Source: an uncultured Atribacterota bacterium | Lineage (GTDB): Bacteria > Atribacterota > Phoenicimicrobiia > Phoenicimicrobiales > Stramentimicrobiaceae | Assembly: GCA_964433635.1 (NCBI GenBank) | Contig: CAYSSG010000005.1 | Location: 11,295-75,294, forward strand | Reading direction: 5' to 3' | DNA length: 64,000 bases | Part shown: positions 28,985 through 38,597 of the stretch, one piece after another | Position numbering within the stretch: the stretch's first letter is position 1 | Layout: each line of letters opens with the position of its first letter | Position numbers and translations under genes: made by a program | The notes under the pieces: generated by a model | The model's input: only the letters and a program-made list of their open reading frames with translations | The model's database searches: none | Told to the model about the DNA's origin: nothing

Positions 28985-29881
28985 TTGAGTGCTGAAAAAG
29001 AAGTAGGACAAAAACAAAAAACAACGGATATTTTTACTCCCTGTAATGCTCCTGCAGCAGTTGCAAATGCATTTTGCGCGATTGGTCAAACGAAGTCTAA
29101 CCTTTCATTGACTAAAATGATTGTATTAGGTATCTTGGCGGGAGCTTATATTGCATTCGGTGCACAGCTTGCCACGATGGTTACCTATGATACAGCAAAA
29201 TATGTAGGAGACGGTATTTCTAAAATATTGTTTGGGAGTGTATTTTCTGTAGGCCTTATGTTGGTTGTAATTGCCGGTGCAGAGCTGTTCACAGGAAACA
29301 ATTTAATCGTCGTGGGGACCCTAAATGGCAATGTATCATTAGGAAAATTACTGAATAGCTGGGTCTGGATTTATGTTGCTAATTTTATTGGCTCACTTTT
29401 ACTTGTTTGGATTATGTATGCAACACAACTTTGGAAAACTGGTGATTTTGCAGTAGGTGCTAAAGCACTTTCTATTGCTAATGGTAAGGTAAATCTTGCT
29501 TGGGGAACAGCGATAGCAAGAGGCATTGCTTGTAACTGGTTAGTTTGTCTGGCAGTATGGTTAGCAGTTGCTGCGAAGGATGTCCCTGGAAAAATTTTTG
29601 GTATTTACTTCCCCATAATGGCTTTTGTAGCCAGTGGATTTGAGCATAGCATTGCTAATATGTATTTTGTTCCCATGGGCATTATGCTTAAGAATGACGC
29701 ATCGGTAGTCGCCGCCGCTGGTCTTGCTGATAAGTTAAGCAATCTTAATTGGGGAGCATTTATATTCAATAATTTACTTCCAGTTACAATTGGTAATATA
29801 ATTGGTGGAGCATTCTTTGTGGCAACCTTATATTGGTTTGTTTACTTAAGGGATTCCAAATATTTAGTTGACAAAAGTTAA
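28985..29881 (+). CDS. focA: Formate/nitrite transporter family (FocA-like) channel
   Basis: 298 aa with 6 TM helices. FNT signatures (ELFTGNNL, GNIIGG). TTG start 8 nt after AGGAGG. Confidence 0.8.
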   Translation: MSAEKEVGQKQKTTDIFTPCNAPAAVANAFCAIGQTKSNLSLTKMIVLGILAGAYIAFGAQLATMVTYDTAKYVGDGISKILFGSVFSVGLMLVVIAGAELFTGNNLIVVGTLNGNVSLGKLLNSWVWIYVANFIGSLLLVWIMYATQLWKTGDFAVGAKALSIANGKVNLAWGTAIARGIACNWLVCLAVWLAVAAKDVPGKIFGIYFPIMAFVASGFEHSIANMYFVPMGIMLKNDASVVAAAGLADKLSNLNWGAFIFNNLLPVTIGNIIGGAFFVATLYWFVYLRDSKYLVDKS

Positions 29882-29889
29882 TTTATTCT

Positions 29890-29939
29890 AAGAAAGAGGA
29901 GTTATATCCAGAAATGAAAAGATATAACTCCTCTTTCTT
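29890..29939 (+). terminator. Long perfect hairpin after focA
   Basis: AAGAAAGAGGAGTTATATC-12 nt loop-GATATAACTCCTCTTTCTT (19-bp stem). No strong U-tract follows. Confidence 0.45.
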
Positions 29940-30023
29940 ATCGATCTAACGAGATGAAAAAGAATATGCCCTAATCATAGAAAATCATCAAAACAATCTT
30001 ATGTTATTTAGATATGTGTATTA

Positions 30024-30662
30024 ATGGATAGCTTGAAAAAAAATATTCCGATATCTATTATAATATTGGCTGGTGGGAAAAGCAGTAGAATTGGTTTGAA
30101 TCGGGACAAGGGTCAAATGAAATTTTCAGGTATCAACCTGATCGATCGAGTCATCTCTAATATCACCTCTTTTCGCGATGTGTCAGAAAAGGATATCATC
30201 ATTGTAGGGCCGAAAGAAAAATTTTCCCATTTTAATAAAGTTGTGGAAGATATCTATCCCCTGAAAGGGCCACTGGGAGGTATGTATTCCGGTTTACAGT
30301 CTTCTTTGACTTTTTTCAATCTAGTGATTGGCTATGACATGCCTTTTATTGAAATAAGGTTAATCCAATACATGATACAAAACACCAATAGCTATGATGT
30401 GGTTATTCCAAACCATGATCAGGGTTTGTTGGAACCATTATGTGCGATTTACAGTAAAAATTGTTTGCCCATCATGAAAAAAAATATCCAGATCGGCAAA
30501 CTGGCAGTGAGAAGTATATTTCCTTATCTGAAAGTAAGGATGATCACAGAGACAGAAATTAAAGAATACGATCCGGAGATGATTTCCTTCTTTAATATTA
30601 ACTACCGGGATGATTTCAGCAGAGCAGAAGAGATTTCCCGAAGGAGGAGAATGGAAAAATGA
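30024..30662 (+). CDS. mobA: Molybdenum cofactor guanylyltransferase MobA
   Basis: LAGGKSSRIG...DKGQMKF N-terminal nucleotide-binding motif. 212 aa. Confidence 0.75.
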   Translation: MDSLKKNIPISIIILAGGKSSRIGLNRDKGQMKFSGINLIDRVISNITSFRDVSEKDIIIVGPKEKFSHFNKVVEDIYPLKGPLGGMYSGLQSSLTFFNLVIGYDMPFIEIRLIQYMIQNTNSYDVVIPNHDQGLLEPLCAIYSKNCLPIMKKNIQIGKLAVRSIFPYLKVRMITETEIKEYDPEMISFFNINYRDDFSRAEEISRRRRMEK

Positions 30663-31435
30663 TGCGAATTAATAAAGGAGTACAGGTTAATCTTCTGCGT
30701 ATCGAGGGAAAAAAGAGAATAAGATCTTCAGATTTGGTTGCCAGAGAAACTGAACTTACCATCTTTGCAAATAAAAAAAGGATCATCACTCTGAATTGCA
30801 GTCCGGGTCACTATCGTTACCTGGGAGTAGGATTTCTTTTTACTGCAGGCATGATAAACAAAAAGGAAGATATATTCTCAATGAAGACGAATAGAAAATC
30901 TATATCTATTGAAATGAAGGACCTTAGCTTACCTGAAAACGGAGCCGTTGTTTCTTCCAGTCATTGGCTGGAGATTCAACAGCCTTCACTGTTGCGGAGC
31001 AAAACCATTTCTGTAAAGGATAAAAAAGTCGGAATCCGATCCTGTACAATATACTCTTTGATGACAGATATGCAGGAAAAGGCTGTTTTTTTTAAGCAAA
31101 GCGGAGGGGTTCACAGTTGTGCATTAAGTGAGTCTGATGGTTCCATCATTTTATTCTGCGAAGATATAAGCCGTTACAATACGATTGACCGGATATTGGG
31201 AGAAGCGCTGCTGAAGAATATCAGCATCATTGATAAGGTCATGTTGACTTCCTGTCGCATTACTTCAGGTATTATGAAGAAGATAGTCATGAGCCATATA
31301 TCGATTATCATTTCCCGGTCAGCTCCAACCGATGCTGCTATTCGTCTGGCTCATCAAAAAGGTATTACCCTGGTAGGGTTTGTCCGGGGAGAAAGAATGA
31401 ATATCTATACCCATCCTGCACGCATCGAAGATTAA
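30659..31435 (+). CDS. fdhD: Formate dehydrogenase accessory sulfurtransferase FdhD
   Basis: 258 aa. GGVHSCAL and C-terminal ISRSAPTDAAIRLAHQKGITLVGFVRGERMNIYTHP, typical of FdhD. Confidence 0.8.
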   Translation: MMRINKGVQVNLLRIEGKKRIRSSDLVARETELTIFANKKRIITLNCSPGHYRYLGVGFLFTAGMINKKEDIFSMKTNRKSISIEMKDLSLPENGAVVSSSHWLEIQQPSLLRSKTISVKDKKVGIRSCTIYSLMTDMQEKAVFFKQSGGVHSCALSESDGSIILFCEDISRYNTIDRILGEALLKNISIIDKVMLTSCRITSGIMKKIVMSHISIIISRSAPTDAAIRLAHQKGITLVGFVRGERMNIYTHPARIED

Positions 31436-31655
31436 TATCATCTCCCGGGAATATATTTTAGAATCCCTGTTTCTTATTGAATAGATTTACTTGACTTTTT
31501 TCAATAGATGATGTTCAAAACGATCCGGTATTGAAGTAAAAGATGCAGCAAGAAAGAAAAATCCCTTTCAGAATTGATTCTTTTCATTTGAAGATCATGG
31601 GTTATTTTACATCAATGTTATAATGATGTAATAAATTGCTTTGATAGCAGGTTAT

Positions 31656-32123
31656 ATGACTGAGAGAATTGTATTATCTATAGATCCAGGAAGAAAAAAA
31701 TGTGGACTTGCAGTTGTTGATACCCGGTTACAGTTGATAGCCGGGGAAATTGTGGGCACTGAGCAATTGGTTAATCAGGTAAAGCGTTATTTAGAACGTT
31801 ATTCGATTGATTGTATATTAATTGGCAGTGGAACCAATTGCGGGGAAATCATGAATTCAATCAGACAGAGGTTCCCTGATTCTATGTTGATTGAGGTTAC
31901 TGAAAAGGACTCCACTATGCTGGCCAGAAAACGATATTTTGATTATTATCCCCCGACTGGGTTTCTGAAAATACTACCTGTAAGTCTGCGTGTTCCGCCT
32001 CGTCCCTATGATGATTTTGCTGCCTTAGTGATTGCTGAGCGGTATTTTCAGATTCATAAAAAGGGTGACTGTAAAAATGAACCATTTATGATTAATCATA
32101 ATCAAAGTCAAAGTAATGATTAG
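31656..32123 (+). CDS. Hypothetical RNase-H-fold (RuvC/YqgF-like) protein
   Basis: N-terminal IVLSIDPGRKKCGLAVVD resembles the RuvC/YqgF catalytic strand. ORF opens at TTG 31641; ATG 31656 is preferred. Low-confidence family call. Confidence 0.4.
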   Translation: MTERIVLSIDPGRKKCGLAVVDTRLQLIAGEIVGTEQLVNQVKRYLERYSIDCILIGSGTNCGEIMNSIRQRFPDSMLIEVTEKDSTMLARKRYFDYYPPTGFLKILPVSLRVPPRPYDDFAALVIAERYFQIHKKGDCKNEPFMINHNQSQSND

Positions 32124-32802
32124 TTCTCAGGAGGAGAGTCTATTGACGAAAGTTAGAGTATTTTCCAATATTATGAAGAGTAACGAAGATATGGCAGCAA
32201 AAAACAGGCAAATGTTCAGTCAATGCCGTATACCGGTCATCAATATCATGAGCTCGCCTGGGTCAGGCAAGACCAGTTTGCTGGAAAAGACCATCGAAAG
32301 ACTTGTTCAGAAAATCAGAATGGCTGTTTTAGAGGGGGATCTACAGACAGATCGTGATGCCCAACGTATAAGTCAATTTCCTGTTCAGGTAGCCCAGATC
32401 AATACAGATGGTGCCTGCCATTTAGATGCCAATATGGTAAATAAGGCATTATCAGCCTTTGATTTAAGTCAGGTGGATCTTTTTTTCATAGAAAATGTGG
32501 GCAATTTAGTATGTCCGGCTGGATTTGATCTGGGAGAAAATTTTCGGGTTAATCTGGTAAGTATTCCTGAGGGGGATGACAAGGTCATTAAATACCCAGT
32601 GATTTTTAGAAAATGTGATGTTTTATTAATTAATAAGATAGACTTACTGCCCTATGTGCAATTTGACATAACGCGCTTAAGAAAAGAAGCCCTGGACATC
32701 AAATCCGATATGAACATTTTTGAGATTTCCTGCCTGACCGGTAAAGGCCTGGAGGATTGGTTTGATTGGATTGCAGCAATAACAGGGGGGAAAAGTATAT
32801 AG
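32116..32802 (+). CDS. hypB: Hydrogenase nickel-incorporation GTPase HypB
   Basis: P-loop SSPGSGKTSLLE, ENVGNLVCP switch region. ATG overlaps the previous stop. Alternative TTG 32144 follows an AGGAGG. Confidence 0.85.
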   Translation: MISSQEESLLTKVRVFSNIMKSNEDMAAKNRQMFSQCRIPVINIMSSPGSGKTSLLEKTIERLVQKIRMAVLEGDLQTDRDAQRISQFPVQVAQINTDGACHLDANMVNKALSAFDLSQVDLFFIENVGNLVCPAGFDLGENFRVNLVSIPEGDDKVIKYPVIFRKCDVLLINKIDLLPYVQFDITRLRKEALDIKSDMNIFEISCLTGKGLEDWFDWIAAITGGKSI

Positions 32803-33087
32803 TATAACGTATACCGTATCACGAGAAAATACATTGAGAATAGTCGAGAGTCATATAAGATTTACGGGAAATATGAATCAAATTACATAACCTACTAAAT
32901 TAATTTTCAATGATGAAATGGTTGCATCAATAGTGTATTGATTCAAATATTGAAGTATCAATAAAACAAACAGATCAGAAATTTTTTTAATTTACATTGA
33001 AGTTTTTCTTATTAAAACGGTATACGATATACGTAATACGGTATACAAAAAGGAGTTTTCCTTAAATTTGCACTTGGTGGTTGAACA

Positions 33088-35427
33088 ATGAAAATAAGAC
33101 AAAAAATCACGATACATGGAATCGTACAGGGAGTCGGATTCAGGCCTTTTGTTCATAAATTGGTTCAAGAGAATCGTCTAACCGGTTGGATTTGTAATTC
33201 TAACCGAGGTGTTGAAATGGAAATTGAAGGGGAAGAAAGAGCTATGCAGCATATGATTGAGGAGATGAAGAACCATCTTCCACCGTTAGCTTTGATTGAA
33301 GATATGCAGGTAGAAAAATTACCTCTTTTGGGGTTTTCAGGATTCTCCATACAGGAAAGCAATTCGAATCACCGGCATCCTGTTATTCTTATCCCTCCTG
33401 ATATTTCAATTTGTGATGATTGTTTAAAAGAACTCACTAATTCCTCTGATCGTCGCTATCAATATCCATTTATCAATTGCACTAATTGTGGGCCCCGATT
33501 CAGTATTATTCAAGACATGCCTTATGACCGGGATAAAACAACCATGAAAAATTTCTCCATGTGTCCGGAATGTTATGCAGAATATACGAATATAGAGAAT
33601 CGGCGTTACCATGCTCAGCCTGATGCCTGTCCGGAATGTGGTCCAGAGATAACACTATTTCAAGGTAACCAGAGAGTAATAATCAGCCAGCCCATAAAAG
33701 ATGCACAAAGAAGATTGAAAGAAGGTCAGATAGGTGCCATCAAAGGATTGGGAGGTTTCCATTTAGCCTGTGACGCAGGTAATATACTGGCCGTATCAAG
33801 ATTACGGGATATGAAGCAGAGAGATGAAAAACCTTTTGCAGTGATGGCTGAGAATGTCGATATCATAAGAAAATTCTGTTATCTATCCTCCTATGCCAGA
33901 AGATACCTGGTAAGCAAGGAAAGGCCAATTGTACTCCTAAAAAAGAAAAAGAATCATCTTCTTTCACCGGATATTGCTCCCGGAAATGGTTATATTGGAG
34001 TGATGTTACCCTATACGCCGCTTCATTTTTTACTGTTGCAAAATAGTGATCTGGTTGTAGTGATGACCAGTGCCAATTTCAGTGATGAGCCGATTATTAT
34101 TCAAAATGAAGAAGCCAGGGAGAAATTAGCTCATCGGGTTGATTTTATGCTTATGCATAACCGGTCAATCTATAATCGCTGCGACGATTCTGTCATGAAA
34201 GTTCATTCCCGTCAGTCAATATTCATAAGAAGATCCAGAGGTTATGCACCTTTCCCCATTGTCCTGTCTGCAAAGAATTGTCAGATTATGGCTGCGGGAC
34301 CTGAAGAGAAAAATACGGTCTGTTTTACCCGTGATCGTTATGCTTTTCCCAGCCAGCATCTGGGTGATTTGAAAAATCCTGAAAGTTATAAAGCTTATCA
34401 GGAAGCAATAAAGCGATTCATCAGGATATTTCAATTTCAACCCGAAATCATAGCCTGCGATCTTCATCCTGATTACCTCTCTACTGTTTATGCCCGGGAG
34501 ATGTCCCTGGAGAAGAATTTACCTTTATTGGAGATACAGCATCATCATGCTCATATTGCCAGTTGTATGGCCGAGAATCAATTGTCAGAGAAGGTTATCG
34601 GTGTTGCCTTTGACGGAACAGGATTGGGTGATGATGGTAAGATATGGGGTGGTGAATTCCTGGTGGCTGATCTGAATCAGTATGTCAGAGCAGGTCATTT
34701 AAAGTACCAGGCGATGCCGGGAGGAGAACAGGTTATACATCAGCCCTGGAGAATGGCGTTCAGCTACCTTTACTCTATCTTTGGACAGAATATATTTGAT
34801 TCTGATATTCCCCTGATTAAGAGGAGAGATTCCCGGGAAATAAGAATCATTGTTCAGATGATGAATCAGAAGATCAATACACCTCATACTTCCAGTTGCG
34901 GGCGATTATTTGATGCCGTTTCTTCTCTTATCGGTCTCAGAGATGAGGTTCATTTTGAAGGACAGGCTGCGATGGAATTGGAATCGATGTGTCAACCGAA
35001 ATATACACAGCATTATCCCTACCAGATTGAAGAAACACCTGCTGGTTTAAATGTAAATTTAGAACAGATGTTTCACGGGTTGATCCATGATATGGCAGCA
35101 GGTGAACCTATCAATAAGATTGTTACCCAGTTTCATAATACCATTACAGAATTTACCCTTTCGATGTGTCTTAAAATAAGGAAGCACTTTCATCTGCATA
35201 CCGCCGTTCTAAGTGGTGGTGTATTTCAAAATGTTTTTTTATTGGAACGGACTATCAGGAAACTGAAAGAGAAGAATTTTGAAGTCTTTATCCATCAGAA
35301 AATGCCACCCAATGATGCCTGTATTTCTCTTGGTCAGGCAGTGATTGCCAATGCAAGGACTCAGTCCAGTCCTTCTGTGGGAAGACGAAAGAATCATATT
35401 GATTATGTCAGTTCAACAATAGGATGA
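33088..35427 (+). CDS. hypF: Carbamoyltransferase HypF
   Basis: Acylphosphatase domain (VQGVGFRPFV). Two CxxC-x18-CxxC zinc fingers. YrdC domain and Kae1-like domain. 779 aa. Confidence 0.9.
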   Translation: MKIRQKITIHGIVQGVGFRPFVHKLVQENRLTGWICNSNRGVEMEIEGEERAMQHMIEEMKNHLPPLALIEDMQVEKLPLLGFSGFSIQESNSNHRHPVILIPPDISICDDCLKELTNSSDRRYQYPFINCTNCGPRFSIIQDMPYDRDKTTMKNFSMCPECYAEYTNIENRRYHAQPDACPECGPEITLFQGNQRVIISQPIKDAQRRLKEGQIGAIKGLGGFHLACDAGNILAVSRLRDMKQRDEKPFAVMAENVDIIRKFCYLSSYARRYLVSKERPIVLLKKKKNHLLSPDIAPGNGYIGVMLPYTPLHFLLLQNSDLVVVMTSANFSDEPIIIQNEEAREKLAHRVDFMLMHNRSIYNRCDDSVMKVHSRQSIFIRRSRGYAPFPIVLSAKNCQIMAAGPEEKNTVCFTRDRYAFPSQHLGDLKNPESYKAYQEAIKRFIRIFQFQPEIIACDLHPDYLSTVYAREMSLEKNLPLLEIQHHHAHIASCMAENQLSEKVIGVAFDGTGLGDDGKIWGGEFLVADLNQYVRAGHLKYQAMPGGEQVIHQPWRMAFSYLYSIFGQNIFDSDIPLIKRRDSREIRIIVQMMNQKINTPHTSSCGRLFDAVSSLIGLRDEVHFEGQAAMELESMCQPKYTQHYPYQIEETPAGLNVNLEQMFHGLIHDMAAGEPINKIVTQFHNTITEFTLSMCLKIRKHFHLHTAVLSGGVFQNVFLLERTIRKLKEKNFEVFIHQKMPPNDACISLGQAVIANARTQSSPSVGRRKNHIDYVSSTIG

Positions 35428-35445
35428 AAGTAGAGGTATATTTCC

Positions 35446-35661
35446 ATGTGTCTGGCTATTCCCGGTAAAGTGATCAGAATCATTGATTCCGAACAAGGGG
35501 AAGTACTCCTGGGAGGAATTAAGAAGATAGTAAGATTAGAACTCTTGTCCGAAGTGAATGAGGGTGATTATGTCCTTATTCATGCCGGTTATGCCATTAC
35601 CAGAATCAATGCCCGGGAGGCGGATGAGATTAATCGCGCCTGGAAGGAGGTTCAGTCTTGA
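35446..35661 (+). CDS. hypC: Hydrogenase assembly chaperone HypC
   Basis: MCLAIPGKV N-terminus. 71 aa. Confidence 0.85.
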   Translation: MCLAIPGKVIRIIDSEQGEVLLGGIKKIVRLELLSEVNEGDYVLIHAGYAITRINAREADEINRAWKEVQS

Positions 35662-36740
35662 AATATCGGGATGAATACCGGGATAAGGAGCTCTGTCAGT
35701 CTCTTGTGCAAAAGATAAAAGGACAGACGAAGGCAGATCTCAATATCATGGAGATCTGCGGTACCCACACTGTATCTATTTTTCGTTTCGGGCTGAAAGA
35801 GATGCTTCCAAAAAATATTCACCTGATTTCCGGTCCAGGTTGTCCGGTCTGCGTAACCCCTATTTCATCAATTGATTATATGATTGCCCTGTCCAGAGAG
35901 AAAAACATGATGATTGTTACATTCGGTGACATGATAAACGTACCGGGCAGTTCTTCCACCTTGAGTCAGGAAAAAGCACGGGGTGCCGATATAAAGATTA
36001 TTTACTCGCCCTTGCAGGCATTGGAAATTGCACGGGATTTTCCGCAAAAAAAGATTGTTTTGATTGGAATTGGTTTTGAAACTACAATACCGCTATTAGC
36101 AAGCGTCGTTCTGGAAGCAAAGAAGCAATCGTTGTCCAATTTTTTTCTTTTGAGTCTGGTCAAGGTGATGCCGCCGATTATGAAAGAGTTGCTGCAGGCC
36201 GGGGAGATAAAGATTGACGGATTTTTATGTCCCGGTCATGTAAGTGCCATTATCGGAACACAACCCTATCAATTTATCTCCCGGAAATTTCATATCCCAT
36301 GTGTCATTGCCGGTTTTGAGCCGGTGGATATTCTGCTTGCTGTCTATCACCTGATTCAGCAGAAATTACGGCAGAAACCTTTTGTAGAAAATCAATATAA
36401 GAGGGCAGTGAGGGAAGATGGGAATCCGTTAGCAATCAGGAAGATAAGAGAAGTTTTTATTCCCGTTGATGCGCTGTGGCGTGGAATAGGTCAAGTGACC
36501 AATAGCGGTCTGGACCTAAAGCCTGCCTTTTCTGCCATGAATGCATGTCATTTTAAGGTGAAAGTAGAGAAAACCAGGATAAATTCTGAATGCCGCTGTG
36601 GAGAGGTCATAAGAGGAATCATAACTCCCTTAGAGTGTCCTCTCTTTAGAAAAGTATGTTTACCGGAGAATCCGATTGGAGCATGTATGGTTTCCAGTGA
36701 AGGAGCCTGCGCAGCATATTATAAATATAATTTAGTATAG
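35658..36740 (+). CDS. hypD: Hydrogenase maturation factor HypD
   Basis: CGTHT, GPGCPVCVTP and CPVC Fe-S motifs. TTG start overlapping the hypC stop, with a GGAAGGAGG SD. Confidence 0.85.
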   Translation: MKYRDEYRDKELCQSLVQKIKGQTKADLNIMEICGTHTVSIFRFGLKEMLPKNIHLISGPGCPVCVTPISSIDYMIALSREKNMMIVTFGDMINVPGSSSTLSQEKARGADIKIIYSPLQALEIARDFPQKKIVLIGIGFETTIPLLASVVLEAKKQSLSNFFLLSLVKVMPPIMKELLQAGEIKIDGFLCPGHVSAIIGTQPYQFISRKFHIPCVIAGFEPVDILLAVYHLIQQKLRQKPFVENQYKRAVREDGNPLAIRKIREVFIPVDALWRGIGQVTNSGLDLKPAFSAMNACHFKVKVEKTRINSECRCGEVIRGIITPLECPLFRKVCLPENPIGACMVSSEGACAAYYKYNLV

Positions 36741-36905
36741 CGTATACTGTATAATGTATTATGTTCCAATACTTAGGGAGTATTGGGTGGGAAAAGTGTA
36801 TACACATGCATGTAGTTTTTATTCTGTAATATTTTTTATCAACTTCAGCTAGAGCTATATTTTCAAACGATATACGTAATACAGTATACAAAATGAGATA
36901 AACAT

Positions 36906-37916
36906 ATGAAAAACAATATAATAACTTTAGATCATGGCAGTGGTGGGAAATTAGCCAATCAGTTAGTTCGTTCCCTGTTTTTAAAATATTTTGGTAATCC
37001 AATTTTAAACCAGCTGCATGACGGCGCTATCTTACCACCTGCAAATAAGCGTATGGCCTTTTCTACAGATTCTTTTACCGTTAGTCCCCTGTTTTTTGCA
37101 GGAGGGAATATCGGAAATCTGGCAGTGCACGGAACAGTCAACGATTTAGCGATGTGTGGAGCTCGACCAAAATATCTGAGTGTTTCATTGATCATAGAAG
37201 AGGGGTTTTCCATCGAAAATCTGGAAAAGATTGTTTCCAGTATGGCCAAGTCCGCACAGAAAGCTGGTATTTTAGTGGTCACGGGGGATACCAAGGTTGT
37301 AAACCGCGGTGATGCTGATGGGATCTTTATCAATACTACCGGCATTGGTTATATTGCTGAAAACGTTCATATTGATGCAGACCAGGCTCAGGAGGGGGAT
37401 GCTGTTATCATAAACGGCCCTATTGGGAATCATGGCATCAGTATTTTAGCCTCCCGGGAAAACCTTCTGTTTGAACAGGTCATTCCCAGTGACACAGCAC
37501 CATTAGCTGACCTGGTTCAACAGATGCTCAGTATCACCAGAGAGATTCATGTTTTGAGAGACCCTACCCGTGGGGGATTGGCAACGGCTTTAAATGAAAT
37601 TGCCCAGTCTTCTCAGGTGGAAATTGAACTTGAAGAGGAAAAAATTCCCCTTGACAGCCAAGTTCAGGATGCCTGTGATATATTAGGCTATGACCCCCTT
37701 TATCTGGCTAATGAAGGTAAACTTGTTGCTTTTGTACCCCCAGGTTATGCCGGTGAAATGCTTAAAAAAATGAAAACATGTCCCTTTGGTGAACACGCTG
37801 ACATCATCGGAAAGGTTGTTTCCAGAGATCGGGCTGAAGTCATTCTTAAAACTGCTGTTGGTGGTAAAAGAGTGGTAGGTATGCTCAGCGGTCAGCAATT
37901 ACCCAGAATATGTTAA
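36906..37916 (+). CDS. hypE: Hydrogenase maturation factor HypE
   Basis: N-terminal LDHGSGG, AIR-synthase-like fold, and C-terminal PRIC. Confidence 0.85.
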   Translation: MKNNIITLDHGSGGKLANQLVRSLFLKYFGNPILNQLHDGAILPPANKRMAFSTDSFTVSPLFFAGGNIGNLAVHGTVNDLAMCGARPKYLSVSLIIEEGFSIENLEKIVSSMAKSAQKAGILVVTGDTKVVNRGDADGIFINTTGIGYIAENVHIDADQAQEGDAVIINGPIGNHGISILASRENLLFEQVIPSDTAPLADLVQQMLSITREIHVLRDPTRGGLATALNEIAQSSQVEIELEEEKIPLDSQVQDACDILGYDPLYLANEGKLVAFVPPGYAGEMLKKMKTCPFGEHADIIGKVVSRDRAEVILKTAVGGKRVVGMLSGQQLPRIC

Positions 37917-37986
37917 GATTTCAGCTGAATAACAATTTTAGATTTTATGACTGTGTGTATCAGTTGATTATGAAGGAGGTATCCTG

Positions 37987-38514
37987 ATGAATATCACAAA
38001 AGATGAAAGTATCCCGGTACAGATAGCTAGAAAGAGTATGATTCATTATTTGAAGACCGGTAAAAAGATGCCACAACCAAAGGAGCTGTCCCGGGAATTA
38101 ACGGATCATCGTGCCGGTGTCTTTGTTTCTTTAAAAAAAAGAGGACAATTGAGAGGATGTATCGGAACTTTTATGCCTGCACAGGATAATATTGCCTTAG
38201 AAATTATTGATAATGCCGTAAGTGCGGCTACCCGGGATCCCCGATTTCCTGCGGTTAATATAAACGAGGTCGATCAGCTGGTTATCTCGGTTGATATTCT
38301 TTCTCCCCCGGAAAAAATTAAGGATATTTCACAGCTTGACCCTGAAAGATACGGCGTTATTGTCAGCAGTGGCTTTAAAAAAGGCCTTTTATTGCCGAAA
38401 CTGGAGGGCGTAGATACCGTGGAATATCAGATTGATATCGCCAGACAAAAAGCCGGTATCACCCCTCAGGAGGACTATCATATCGAGAGATTTGAAGTAA
38501 AGAGATTTTACTGA
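37987..38514 (+). CDS. AMMECR1-domain protein
   Basis: LRGCIGTF motif and overall AMMECR1 fold. 175 aa. GAAGGAGG SD. Confidence 0.7.
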   Translation: MNITKDESIPVQIARKSMIHYLKTGKKMPQPKELSRELTDHRAGVFVSLKKRGQLRGCIGTFMPAQDNIALEIIDNAVSAATRDPRFPAVNINEVDQLVISVDILSPPEKIKDISQLDPERYGVIVSSGFKKGLLLPKLEGVDTVEYQIDIARQKAGITPQEDYHIERFEVKRFY

Positions 38515-38597
38515 CAGAAAATTTCATAAGGTGTTTTTCTGCTATTGTGACAGTCCAGAGAATCCGGTTTTGAAGAGGCATCAGAATGTTCAATTTT

